Positions 12,948 through 25,760 of a stretch of DNA of 61,471 nt are shown in pieces; position 1 is the stretch's first letter, and each line of letters opens with the position of its first letter. The notes under the pieces were generated by a model. That model ran no database searches. It worked only from the letters and a program-made list of their open reading frames with translations, and was not told the origin of the DNA. The translations under genes were made by a program, and so were the position numbers. Source of the stretch: Octopus bimaculoides (Eukaryota); the NCBI RefSeq assembly GCF_001194135.2, contig NC_068984.1:104592865-104654335 (forward strand), written 5' to 3'.

Positions 12948-13066
12948 ATTTTCACTGCTGACCTTTCCTAGAAAGATTAAAAAAGAACAAAAAATGGCAT
13001 AGAGCACTAAAACAAAAAAAAAAAAAGAAGCGAAATTGAGAATGATCACATTGAAATTGAGTGACT

Positions 13067-13070
<4 letters not shown>

Positions 13071-13119
<49 letters not shown>
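13071..13119. repeat. (CA)n microsatellite
   Basis: Direct reading. Confidence 0.95.
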
Positions 13120-13123
<4 letters not shown>

Positions 13124-13508
13124 ATATCTAAATAGAAGAGATATGAATATTAAAGATCAGCAAAACCATCTCGAAGGTTTAATAGATTTTCAACATTTGT
13201 TGGAGGTAATTCTTGAGAGAGAAGTATGGTACCATAATTGCCAGACAGTTTCTTGACACAAGCAATATAGGTCAGAAATTAACAATCCATATAAGCTTAA
13301 TTTAAAACTAACATGATTCATTAGTTAAGATAATTAACAGCATAACTGTTCAGAAACAATATAATTGATAGTCCAGAATACCAAATTTCAGTAAGATAAA
13401 AAAATTAAAAAAAGAGCCACATCTAATATTTTATCCATAAACACATTGACTTTATTCATTCACTATTTTAGAAAAAAAAAATTCTTCAAAACTGGTTTTT
13501 TGCTCAAT

Positions 13509-14090
13509 TAAAAGGGTATTGAATTAAAGAAGTGTTGCAATAAAGGGAGTTGAGTAAAAAGGCATTGAATTAAAGGGAAATTGAATAAGGAGGAGCTGAG
13601 TAAAAGCATTTTGAGTTACAGGGATGGTGCATTAAAGGGACATTGCATTAAAGGGTGTTGAATTAAAGGGATATTGAATAAGGTGTTGAAAAGAGGAGGT
13701 GTTGAATTAAAGGGGTGTTGCATTAAAGGAATATTGAATTAACAGGGTGTTGAATTAACAGGGTATTGAAAGGAAGTATTGTTGAATTAAAGGGGTGTTG
13801 CATAAAAGGGATATTGAATTAACAGGGTGTTGAATTAATAGGGTGTTGAATAGAGAGGTGTTGAATAAATGGGTGTTGAATTAAAGAGGTGTTGAATTAA
13901 ATTAAAGGGTTGTTGCATTAAAGAGATATTGAATTAACTGGGTGTGCAATTAACAGGGGGGTTGAATAAAGAGGTGTTGAATTAACATGGCTAACATAGG
14001 CAGGTGAGTTAAAAGGGTGCTGATTTAAAGGGATGTGAATTAAAAAGGCATAGAAATAAAGGGGTGTTGAATCAAAGAGGTGTTAAATTA
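13509..14090. repeat. Degenerate ~16-bp minisatellite (GGGTGTTGAATTAAMA) with higher-order structure
   Basis: About 35 imperfect units. The variant pair gttgcattaaa/gatattgaattaa recurs near 13640, 13715, 13795 and 13910. Confidence 0.85.
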
Positions 14091-14714
14091 CTAGTTGAAG
14101 GATTAATAGCTCTTACTTTGAAGTTACAATGTCTTTATGTAAATAGGTGGTTTATGCTAGTTAGGTATTATTAAACCATGAATATATACATTTCACTTTT
14201 GTGAAAATCTATGAGAATCTATACTCAACAACTACTTCACTAATTTGCAACATTAATTTCAGATACTATTAAAGATACAAACACAGAAACAAGAAGATAC
14301 TCCATGTTTTAAGGTTGGTGATTAAAGACTAATCTGGAACTATTCAGCCTTAAATCAGCCTCATTGAATTTGAGCTATGATTCTAATTTATTCTGTGTGA
14401 AAAGATCTCTGGTTTGAAAAGATCTTTCATGCTCTAAGCTCGTCATAGGCAGTTATCCCCTAACAAGGAAGTATTCTATTAAAAACACTCTACATGTATA
14501 TAATTTCCCCTTATGCTGAATAACAATCCAAAACACACTTGTTATATAATATAATGTAATACGATCTAATGAAGTGGAGATCTAAGAATAACTGTTTATG
14601 AAAATTAATACTTAAATCAAAATGTTTTAAACTGAAAGAACCTTTGAAGAGAATAAAACCCAGAATTTATGCTTCGGAAAGTATTTTTATATTCAGGAGG
14701 TAAGAATACCTTAC

Positions 14715-14732
14715 ATTTGAATATCTGGTTTT
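14715..14732 (-). CDS. Candidate 18-nt microexon (AAAACCAGATATTCAAAT)
   Basis: Minus strand: ttgttattccatatcactttcag|18 nt|gtaaggta. Length divisible by 3 and no stop in any frame. Confidence 0.25.
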
Positions 14733-15924
14733 CTGAAAGTGATATGGAATAACAAATTTCTCAAAGCTTGTTTAAAAATGTTTTCCCTAGTCAATGAATA
14801 TAAATAGCTTTCTTCAAGCTTCAAATAGCAGATCTCTTTCTTAGTGGGTGGAGTAAACGTTTTTTTAAGAAATCTAAGAAACATGTAATGTTATTCTGTA
14901 AAATAAGATGAAAACACTTTACATCACTTTCTAAATCTACCACTATTCATTTGTTCTCAGGAAACCAAAATATATTCTTAGCTGGCCTACTTCTATTTCA
15001 AAAGTAAGAATATTTTTCCAGAGACTTAATCTATTTTGATTTTCAGAGTTTGGTCAGTTCTACTATATAATTAAGTTATCAATAAATTTCATTTTGTGAC
15101 ACAACATAATGTTTTCTTTTTGGTGAACATTTCTGTGTACTAAACTGGTTCCTACAGGGTTAGTAAAACAATAGTAAAGTGATACTTCCACAGAGAATAG
15201 CTAACATTCTTGTTTGTTTGACCAGAGAATAATGTTAGATAACCATAAATATTATTTTGTAATTACTGTATTTAAGCTTGATGCAGTTAGCTTTGATGTT
15301 AAAAACATAGGAACCAATCGAATCCATCTTTTAGCTATCTATATACACAATCAATACTCCTTTTTAATAAAATTATCAATAAACCTTTCCCAATATACAT
15401 ATAACTCAAATACTTTGAAACACTTCAACCTGGTTTTCTGATTATGTTTAAAAGAGAAAGAATTAAGCTAGCAAAGCATTAAAAAGCCTGATTGATATTT
15501 TGCATGCTTTAACATTCAGGAATATTACGAGAGAAAAATCCATAGGTTTCACTTCCTACTTAAGTTTATCTCACTAGTTTGATTAGATAACTATTAGTGT
15601 ACAACATAACAAGTTGTTAATGTCCTTGAAACCAAATTTCTCTCAAAAAACACATCCATTTAAAATAAAACATGTCCCAGATACACTTTATCCTAGATAC
15701 ATTGGAAGAAAAAGCACAGGAGAGGTATGGTTGAAGGACTTTTGAACATAGATCTGCTCAATCAGAGTTGACCTAGAGTGAACAACAGCAATATCAACAA
15801 CAATAGCACCACTACCTATGCAACTACATCATCGTTTCACAACTATCAATTCACTACTATAACCAAAATGCCCTTGCTTGCACTCGTTGAATCAATCGCA
15901 CCACCGCCCTTTCTCCTTCCCCTA

Positions 15925-16150
15925 ACTGCACCCCCTTTCCCCTCCTTTTCCACCCCTCCACTCTACCCGTTTGTCAGAGGATCCTACGGGCCTTCCATCA
16001 TCTCCAGCTCAATCCCACCACCCGCCCCATTTTCCCCAACCCACACTTGTCCTCCTTTAAACGCGCCCAGAACCTACGCGATCTTCTGGTCCGTAGCACC
16101 ATCTCCTCTTTCTCCCAGTCCCACTCGGATCCTTCCTGTGCTCCATATCC
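15925..16150 (+). mobile_element. Penelope-like element fragment (RT-to-GIY-YIG linker)
   Basis: Frame reads PLSLLFHPSTLPVCQRILRAFHHLQLNPTTRPIFPNPHLSSFKRAQNLRDLLVRS, matching the PLE motifs PLVLTYHP and FRRxxNLRDLLVR. Confidence 0.8.
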
Positions 16151-17045
16151 CTGGAGCACATACAGCACATATACATGCACATATACACACACACATACTT
16201 CCACACACATACACACGCACACACACATGCACACACATACATGCATACATACACACACACACACCCACATACACCCACATGCACACACACGTGTGTACAC
16301 ACACACACACACACGTACACAAATGCACACACACACACACACACAGAGGAATGCACAGATACCTAACCCACACAACCCTATGTACACACATACCTATATA
16401 CACACATAAACGTACACACATACACACAACCACATACACATGCATACTCAAGCACACGTGCATACACGCAACAAAATGCACATATAATCCGACACACATC
16501 TCCACGTTCACACACACATAGACATATGCATACACACTCATACAGACATGCACACAATTACACACACATGGGTACAAACACATATGCACATACATGCACA
16601 CACACATGTAAGCACATACACGCATGCACATACACACAGGAACGCACATATATGCCTACACAAACCCCACACACAAGCCCCGACACAACTCACGCACACA
16701 TGCATACACAAACTCACATACATATACATATACATACACATACAATATATGCATACATGCACACATACACATACACATGCATACACGCACATGCATACAC
16801 GCACAAAAAACATACTTATACCCCCTACACAACCCTTCGTTCACACACACATGCACAAACACACATATACATGCACACACACAAACACACATGTACATAC
16901 GCACATACACTCACACGCACACACATATATACACACACGCACACATACACATACAAATGAACCCACACATACCTCCCATACACACACAACACACACTCAT
17001 ACATACATGCACACGCACATACAAGCACACACACACACACACAGA
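16150..17045. repeat. ~900-bp cryptic (CA/TACA/TGCA)n mosaic
   Basis: Direct reading. Source of the spurious His/Thr-rich and Val/Cys-rich ORFs. Confidence 0.95.
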
Positions 17046-17514
17046 GTACTACAGGATTCTTTCAGTTTCAGTCTACCAAATCCACTCACAAATCCATGGC
17101 CAGCTTGGGGACTAGAGTGAGAGACACTCACTGAAGGTGCTATTATAGTGAGACTCAACCTAAAACCACATGGTTCAGAAATATGGATGTTTTAGGCAAT
17201 GTTACCTGTCAGTTTTGCTCATGAATCAGGTAATTTTGTGGCAACCTAAGACTGTACTCATTAGAGTAACTAGTATGGAAAATATGGTGATGGTTCTTCA
17301 GCACTGGTGGTCAGCAAGTGTCACATCAAGTTTATGGGTTCTGTGAAAAAAACATAATGAAGCTGTGGTAGTAGTAAAATGTTGTTGCCATCCTTTCCAT
17401 ACCAGCCACTTTGGCAAGCACAGTCTTAGGTAATCACCTAATTATCTAATTCATGTGTGAAACTGATTGGCAAGGTCAGCTGAAATGGATCTATAATACA
17501 ATATAATATAAAGA

Positions 17515-17553
<39 letters not shown>

Positions 17554-17639
17554 TAGTGCAGCCATAACTGGATGCTTAAGAAAATCACTTCTCAGTCTTG
17601 TGGTTTGCTTACTTCCCCACTGTGTCATACTTTGGACAG

Positions 17640-18014
17640 CCATGGAACCAGAATCAGCATTGTCTCAGCATGCTTAAAGCCCAAGGATATTAAATTCCAT
17701 GGTACCACCACTCTTGATGTGACAGTGATGCTGAATATCATGGTATTATGTTTGCTTGAGAAGAAGACCCATCAAGCCAAGTAAAATCACAGTTGTGACA
17801 GATACTGGTGTCATGCGAATGGCACCCATGTAGGTGGCACATAAAAGCACCCATTACACTCTCAGAGTGGTTGGAGTAAGGAAGGGTATCCAGCTGTAGA
17901 AATCATGCCAAATCAGACTGGAGTCTGGTGCAGCCTTTCAGCTTGTCAACCGTGGCCAAATGGTCCAACACATGCCAGCATGGACAATGGATATTAAATG
18001 ATGATGAGGATGAT
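17640..18014 (+). mobile_element. Older RTE LINE 3' end
   Basis: aaaagcacccattacactctcagagtgg...ccagctgtagaaa...ggatattaaatgatgatg. Confidence 0.8.
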
Positions 18015-18393
18015 GTGTGTGTGTGTGTGCATGCATGTGTGTGTGTACGTGTGTGTGTGTACGTGTGTGCGTGCGTGTGTATGTGTGTGTGTATTTTTAC
18101 ATTCTCCAACAATCACTCAGCCAAGTGTGATTGTTGGAGGAAGGAAACAAACACACAGCCAAGAGTGGTGAGATTGCTCTCATTTCCTTTGTCAACCAGT
18201 TATCTGCTGGATTAGTGCCTTTGAAGATGTGTAGAATAAGGGATTCCTTACTTGACTTACTCAAGAAACGTGTGTGGGGAGGGGGTAGTGAAAGAAAGGA
18301 CATCTAGCTGTAAAACAATGCTTTAACAAGCTAGTATGGCTTAGATAAATATAATCTAACCTGTGTTCACATGAAGAAATATATATATATATA

Positions 18394-18770
18394 NNNNNNN
18401 NNNNNNNNNNNNNNNNNNNNNNNNNNNNNNNNNNNNNNNNNNNNNNNNNNNNNNNNNNNNNNNNNNNNNNNNNNNNNNNNNNNNNNNNNNNNNNNNNNNN
18501 NNNNNNNNNNNNNNNNNNNNNNNNNNNNNNNNNNNNNNNNNNNNNNNNNNNNNNNNNNNNNNNNNNNNNNNNNNNNNNNNNNNNNNNNNNNNNNNNNNNN
18601 NNNNNNNNNNNNNNNNNNNNNNNNNNNNNNNNNNNNNNNNNNNNNNNNNNNNNNNNNNNNNNNNNNNNNNNNNNNNNNNNNNNNNNNNNNNNNNNNNNNN
18701 NNNNNNNNNNNNNNNNNNNNNNNNNNNNNNNNNNNNNNNNNNNNNNNNNNNNNNNNNNNNNNNNNNNNNN
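18394..18770. other. Assembly gap
   Basis: N run. Confidence 1.
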
Positions 18771-20621
18771 TTCAATAGTAGTTCATGTATAAATTGGTAG
18801 GAAAAATAAGGATGCATGAGAGTTGAGAGTTTTGTTAGGTTTAAAAAAAGGGTTAAAAGTTTGTGTTAAGCAGGAAATGTGGTGTCAAAACAGGAAGTGT
18901 GTGTAAGGGGAGACAAGTGTTTTTAGTTAGAGTTATGAACTCTTTTTTTCCAAACAGGAAGTTTGTGTCTGTTCATAGAGAAATAAGGTCACTGAGGGGT
19001 GTGTGTGTTAAGAAATGGTTGGAATTTCTCTATGAAAAGATTCTCTTTGTTGATTCTTTCTTGTGTGGAGATTCTGTCTTTACATTGATAGAAAGGGAAT
19101 ATAATGAATTTAGGGTTTTTGTTTCTGGCGCAAATTTGCTTCATCGCAATGAAAACCGGTTAGAGAAAATCTTTATTAAATTATGCTCCCAGTTCAGCAT
19201 TCTGGCTTTTTTTCATTTTCCTATATATATATATATATATAATATTATATCATATTATATTATATGTAGAGTATACGTTCATGATAAGTTACAAAAGTTC
19301 TTGTATTTCCATCACTTCACTATCTGCATTGTTTTCTTTAGCAGATAACACCACTGTATGCTAAATCTACCATATCAATCTTTCTATAGATACTCTTTTA
19401 ATGTTTCAAATAGCTTAATTCTAAGATTCCTAAACACAAAAATGTGCCATTCTTTGGAAATATTTTAACAATAACTTACTTCAATACTGATTAAAAGTCA
19501 TTAGATTAATACCAATTCTCATCCCATGAGATTCTACAGAGAAATATCTAAACAGTTAATTCATTTGTAGATTATTTAGCTACATTAAGAGAGAGAGAAG
19601 GGGAGTGTGTGTGTGTGTGTGTGTTTGTGCATGTATGTATACGTACATGTGTGTGGGTATGGGTGTAGATGCGTATTATACACTCATAAACAACAATGTG
19701 AAACTGGAAAATAACAAGTAGTTTAGAATTATAGTATAATATATATATTTATTTGTATATATGTATATACATGTATGTATGTATAGTATACTGCACATTC
19801 TCCTAACTGCTTGACTAATACATTTCTTCAGCAATGACTTGGCTAATACAGGGTAGAATATTTAAGTAGTGTTATGGTTTAATAGTAATTCCATTCATTG
19901 GCAGAACATCAACAATTTGTGGGCAAGGAGTTGAGTCAGTTGAAATGACTCCAGTCAATGCAATGCCTGAAATGTATTTGATCAGAGAGAGAGAGAGAAA
20001 GAAAGAGGGAGAGAGAGAAAGAGAGGGAGAGATAGGAAAAGTAAAATGACCTCAGCAGGATCTGAACTCAGAACATAGGAGCATCAGAGTACGTGCTGTC
20101 AAGCATTTAGTCCAGTGCTCTATTGTTTCTGCCAATACACAAATCATCATCATAATCCTCATCATTGCTGTTGTTGTCACTGCTGGAATTTGTCACTGTT
20201 GTTGTGATCACCCCTTCCATCATCATCACTATCATTATAATTTTACATTCACTGTCCATGCTGGCATGGATTGGACAGATTGTCAAGATCCAAGTGATTT
20301 CTTATTGTGAACTTCTACTCTGAAAAGCTGGTGCTCATGTGTCTTTGGTTTAGTTTCTTCAGATGGATGCCCCTCCTATTGCCAACCACTTTACAGAATG
20401 TACTAGGTGCGTTTTCTTGTAACACCACCAGAGTACTCAGTAACCCAAGGCTTATAGACTGAGGAGGCAAATAGGAGAGGGATTAATGACAGTAGAAAGG
20501 TGAGAAGTGTGTAGCTGAAAGGGGTGGCAGGAGTTTAAATGTAGAGTGTACTCAACAGCCTAGGGCATATACATTTCCTCATGTGACCTGAGATGGGGTA
20601 TAAGGAAGAGAGAGAGAGAGT

Positions 20622-20669
<48 letters not shown>

Positions 20670-22044
20670 GAGAGAAAATAAGACATCAGAATAGGTGAGA
20701 GGTTGGAAGAGCCAAGAGTATGAGGGAAAAGTATGATGGGAAGGTAGAGGGATATTTGGGAATGGAGTTGGTGGAGGAGTGATCAGCAATAGTAGAAATG
20801 AACAAAGATAGGGGTAGGTAATGAGATGAAGGTAAGAGTAAGAGATAGTGCTGGCTGTCACTTTGCAAATGATTGGCTGTTTGTGTTTTCTGTCATATTC
20901 TAAGGATTGTCAAAAAGATATTATTAGAGCCAGAGAGAAAAATATAGAGTGAGTTAACTGAAATGACTTAAGAGTTAATTGAATCAAGAATTGAAACTGC
21001 ATCATATACATTGCTTTCTGGGGGCTTGCCACACCTCCATAGTGCAGGTTCTAATACTGATTTCTAGCATAGGCACACAAAGCTTCAAATTTGAGAAATG
21101 GGTATGATTGATTATACCTAAACCAGTTCTTGATTCATATTTTATTTTAACAACACCAGAAAGATAAAAGATGAGCTCAAGTTCAGCAGAGTAGGTAGGA
21201 TTTGTACTCAGTACATAAAAGGTTGTAGTTAAACACCATGAGGCATCTTGCCTAATGCTCTAATGATTCTGTCACTATGTAGATTTGATTTATATGTATG
21301 TATGTATGTATGTATGTACCTACACAAACACACATACATATCTATGTGTGTATGTGGCGAGTATATACATATATAATAAGAATTCGTTAAATTAAGTCAA
21401 TTCTTTGTAAAAGCAGAAATTAAAATTATTACTGCTAATTATGAGGATGATAATTGGTTCGAATTTAGGTTCAAGGTCAGCACTTTTGAGGAGAAGGGCT
21501 AGTTGATACTATTGACCCTAGTATATGTCTGATACTTGATTTTATCAGCACTGGAAGAATGAAAGGCAAAGCTGACATCAGCCAAATTAGAACTCTGAAC
21601 ATAAAGAGGTAAAAGAACTACCACAAGGCATGTTTCTTTTTTGCTTTAATGATTCTGCCAAATCTACCTCTCTATAGGGATTATGATTATGGTGGATAGG
21701 AGTAAAAAAAAATTGTTGCTGTATGATAAAAGACAGTCTGGAATGTTAGATTTTTATGTCTCATGGTAAACCAACATATGTCACTATCTGCTCTTCTATT
21801 TCAACTGAATTGTCCCTTTAAAGGTCTGACTGTTAATATCATCAGTTCAAAAGAACTCTGGGTCATTTAAACTGCTCAAAATATGTTGATGACATTTCAA
21901 TTTGACAATCGTTAACAATGCTGCATTTTAAACAATAATGTCACATTGCTGTTAAAAATGAAAAAGAAAAAAGTTTATTTTGGTACTTGTCATGATATCA
22001 GTATAAACTAGTCAAGTTCTGCATCAGTGAAAAATGTGTATAGC

Positions 22045-22172
22045 TAGAGATTTCACAGCTAGAGTTTACACAGCTAGAGTTTTCACAACTAAAGTTTCCA
22101 TAACCTGAGATTTTTGCAACTAGAGTTTTTTGCAACTAAAGCTTCCACAACTTGAGTTTTCATAGCTTGAGC
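22045..22172. repeat. 16-bp degenerate tandem repeat (CAGCTAGAGTTTTCA-like), ~8 units
   Basis: agctagagatttcac/agctagagtttacac/agctagagttttcac/aactaaagtttccat... Confidence 0.85.
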
Positions 22173-23456
22173 TTTTTTTATATTATGTTACAGTGCCACG
22201 TGATTCAAGCTGATAGCATAGTTAATAGAATAACCAACCAGGTTATATATAGTAATATTGGTTTCAAATTTTGGTACAAGACCAGCAATTTCAAGGGAGT
22301 GGATAAATTAATTTTATTGACTCTAGGACTCAGCTGGTACTTATTTTATCAACCTCAAAAGGACAAAAAGCAAAGTCAACTTTGGTGGCATTTGAATTCA
22401 GAATGTAAGGATGAATGAAATGCTGCTAAGCATTTTGCTCAGCCTGGTAATGATTCTGTCAGCTCACTGCCTTATGTATATATACATTAATATTAATATA
22501 TATTAATAACTAGGAAGTATCTTATAAAAAACATCTCAACAAGTTAATATCTAAAATATTTCTTTGAAGTCCAGCTTAATTATACAACTTACATCTAGAC
22601 TTTTCATTTTCTAGGCTTAGTTAATAGAGTTTGAACTTGTTTAGCTACATAAAATTTTAAGAGGTGGGAGAGATATACCTAGGTGGTATGATAGCCATTA
22701 TAAGCTTTTCATAAGCAACACTCATTGAGTATTCACTCCAGTGGGTAGGTGCTCACTTTTGTAAAATTTGAGTCACATAGTTTACATCTTTTGTTAATTT
22801 TATATTTAATTTGTCTAACATTCATTTTCTTTCAAAATAAGTTAAAAGTTAAAGGAGCTAGGTGGAGTAGCATATATGATTTATCATGGACGACTCATGT
22901 CATTGAGATTAATGCTGTTTGTGCTTAGTTTAGACATTTTAAGGTTTGATTTTTGCAAAGGAAAACTTGGGTAGGAAGAGAATTCTGGAATGTTGCTATT
23001 CTGGAAAAGAAGTATTCAGTACAAAATCTGAAAAGTGGAGACAGGGGGAAGGTAAACAGGTGGATTGGATGAGTGGGTGGTATGTAACTAGTTCAGAGAT
23101 GCAGAGGCCATTAAAGCAGCATTAGAAGAGGAAGCAAGAAGAGAATGTACACATGTGAGGTAGAATTGAAGTGAATGAAAGAGAAAATTTTGGTTATCAA
23201 TTGATTATGGTTGAGGATGTTTGTTGCATAGTAGCATCACTTTTATTTGACCTATTTCAGTCTTTGAACAGCAGCCATCCTGGAGCATCAACTTGAAGGG
23301 TTTAATCAATGAAATCAAGCTCAGTACTTATTTTGAGTCTGGTACTTATTCTATCAGTTTCCTTTTGTGAAGCTGCTAAGTCATAAGCCATAAACAACCC
23401 AACAAGCAGTGAGATGCAAACATGAAGACATATGCACACACATGGACACACACACA

Positions 23457-23533
<77 letters not shown>

Positions 23534-25229
23534 CAAACCTTTACCAAATTCACTCACATGGTATTCATTGACTTTCAGTCATAGTTGAAGAAACTTGCCA
23601 AGGTATTACACAGGGGGATTGAACTCCAAACCATGTGGTGTGAAGTGATCTTCATGTTTGCCTCTGTTTAGTATTCTAATATAGATCACTCTTGGTCTTT
23701 ATAAAAATTCCACAAGTAATCAAGGTCGAAGTAGTTGCTGACACTAAAGAAGAAGCCTAGATTTTTGGATGCTGTTTAAACATCCAAAAATACACAAACA
23801 ACTAATATAACAGCCAGAATTAAGGAAAATCCTAAAATCTGAATGCATAGAAATTAGCAGGAAAAGCAAATTCAAAATATTTCTTTTTTTGGCAAATAGT
23901 TAGGGGAGAATCACAATATTGGAAAGAAATGGTAAAGCATTTTATCAATAAATTATCTCTATAAACATAACACTTCTTCAAAAGACAAAATAACACTGCT
24001 ACCTAGCAATAACTTTATAAACATAACTCATTCAAATCTTGAATTCTGAAATGGAAGAAAGTGCTACATTCAAATAACAATGTGATAAATTTTAACTTAA
24101 TTTATGTCAACGGATTTTATTTTTAGTAACCAGATTTTTAATAATAAAGTTTTTCATTTTTTCAGGCAGTAATCTTTTTATCAGTTTCTTAATATACATA
24201 CATGCATGCATGTTGTGTATATGTGGGTGAGTAGGTGTTACTGTGTATATGTGTGCATGTGGGTGTGTATATATATATATATATATGGATATAGTTTCAG
24301 TTCTTGGAGATAAAGCACCTGCTTGGGTTTTATTTTTCTCTTCAAACCTCTTTCTCCACCCTTCTATTCACAGGCTTTCTACTATCATTCTCTCTATCAC
24401 ACCTAACATTCTTGTCCCCCACAGCATAACCAAATCTTTAAAGCTATTTTACTCCAAACCCATTGTTTTGACCGATTCTGCCAGCATATTTTCATTCTCT
24501 CTTTTCTCACTCTCTCTTTCTCTCTGAGTGATCTTATTGTGTTTTTGACCCTTTGTTCCTAGCTCAGTTTTCTCATTTTTTCCCCCTTTCTCCTTACCTA
24601 CTACTTTGATCGCCCCTTTCCCCTATTTACTTCCTCCCATCCTGTTTTACTCCTACACCATGCACAAATCCTCACATACCATTACTTACTGGCTTTCTCC
24701 TTTCCCTTCTCATCTGCTCATTTCTCTTTTTTTTCTTGTTTAAGATTTTATGATTTGGACTTAAGATCTTATTCTTTCTCTCTCTCTCTCTCTCTCTCTC
24801 ATTTTCTCTTTCCAGGCAAGGGCAAACCTCCAAAACATTAAATACTTTTTTCTTCTTCATTGCATAAACCATATTCCTTTGTTTGAATTATTTGGATTAC
24901 ATTCTACTGATGTTGAACATGAGTTTCCTCAGATTTTAATAGTTTGACTGATACCTGCCCAACAGGAAACTTATGCTCCAAGAGAAGGGAACTTGATATA
25001 GTTGGAAGTTTTGTTAATGTCAAGGGCAACACTTTTGGTTTTGCCAAAGTTGAGAAGCACACAGGAACTTGATTGAAAAGTCATGGTAACAGAAGGAACT
25101 CTGTTGGGTGTGGGAAGTTGTCACTTTGTTGGTTTGGAAAGATAGGAAATATTTTTGTACTAGGCAACTGTGTGAGATAAGTGGAGCAGAGAAGGAAAGT
25201 TTGAGAAAGATGTTTATTGTTGTATGTGC

Positions 25230-25266
<37 letters not shown>

Positions 25267-25534
25267 GGCATGTGTAAGACATGGAGTTGGAAGTAAAAAA
25301 AAGACAGCAATTATTTCAGGGTTATAGAGGGATTTACCAATAAAGATGGTATTGGTAACATGTTAGCTGTCTTGGATGGGTCATAGGTGAATATATCTGT
25401 TGCCAAGGGTAGTCAACTATAACCTGATTTACCAATGTTTACATTGAAAATAACTTTGTGAGAGGATATAAGGTGGGTTACCATATTAAGTGGTGATTTG
25501 ATGAAGATAGAAGCAAGAGTATTTGGAGAGAAAT

Positions 25535-25760
25535 AATATTGATTTCAAATTTTGGTACAAGGCCAGGAATTTCAGGGGAGGAGGGAAGTCAATTGCATCA
25601 ACTCCAGTACTTGACTGGTACTTATTTTAACAACCCCAAAATGGGTTGATAAAGTAAGTACCAGTCAAGTACTGGAGTTGATGCAACAGAATATAAAAGT
25701 GGATGAAATGCCACTAAGCATTTTTCCTGGCATGCTAATGATTCTGCCAGCTCACCACCT
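25535..25760 (-). mobile_element. SINE family C copy with an internal fold-back inversion
   Basis: Flanks match family C (ggccaggaatttcagggg; gctaatgattctgccagctcaccacc). Perfect 32-bp inverted arms at 25593-25624 and 25655-25686. Other family C copies lie near 6191(+), 6655, 12400, 19880, 21055, 21445, 22250, 33545, 37018 (-) and 45885, 47105, 49465, 60666 (+). Confidence 0.85.

Noticed and set aside
15778-17120. Many long His/Thr-rich and Val/Cys-rich ORFs
   Set aside because: Translations of CA/TG microsatellite, which lacks stop codons.
18863-19348. 161-aa ORF beside a gap
   Set aside because: No recognisable motif or splice support; the composition suggests a repeat UTR.
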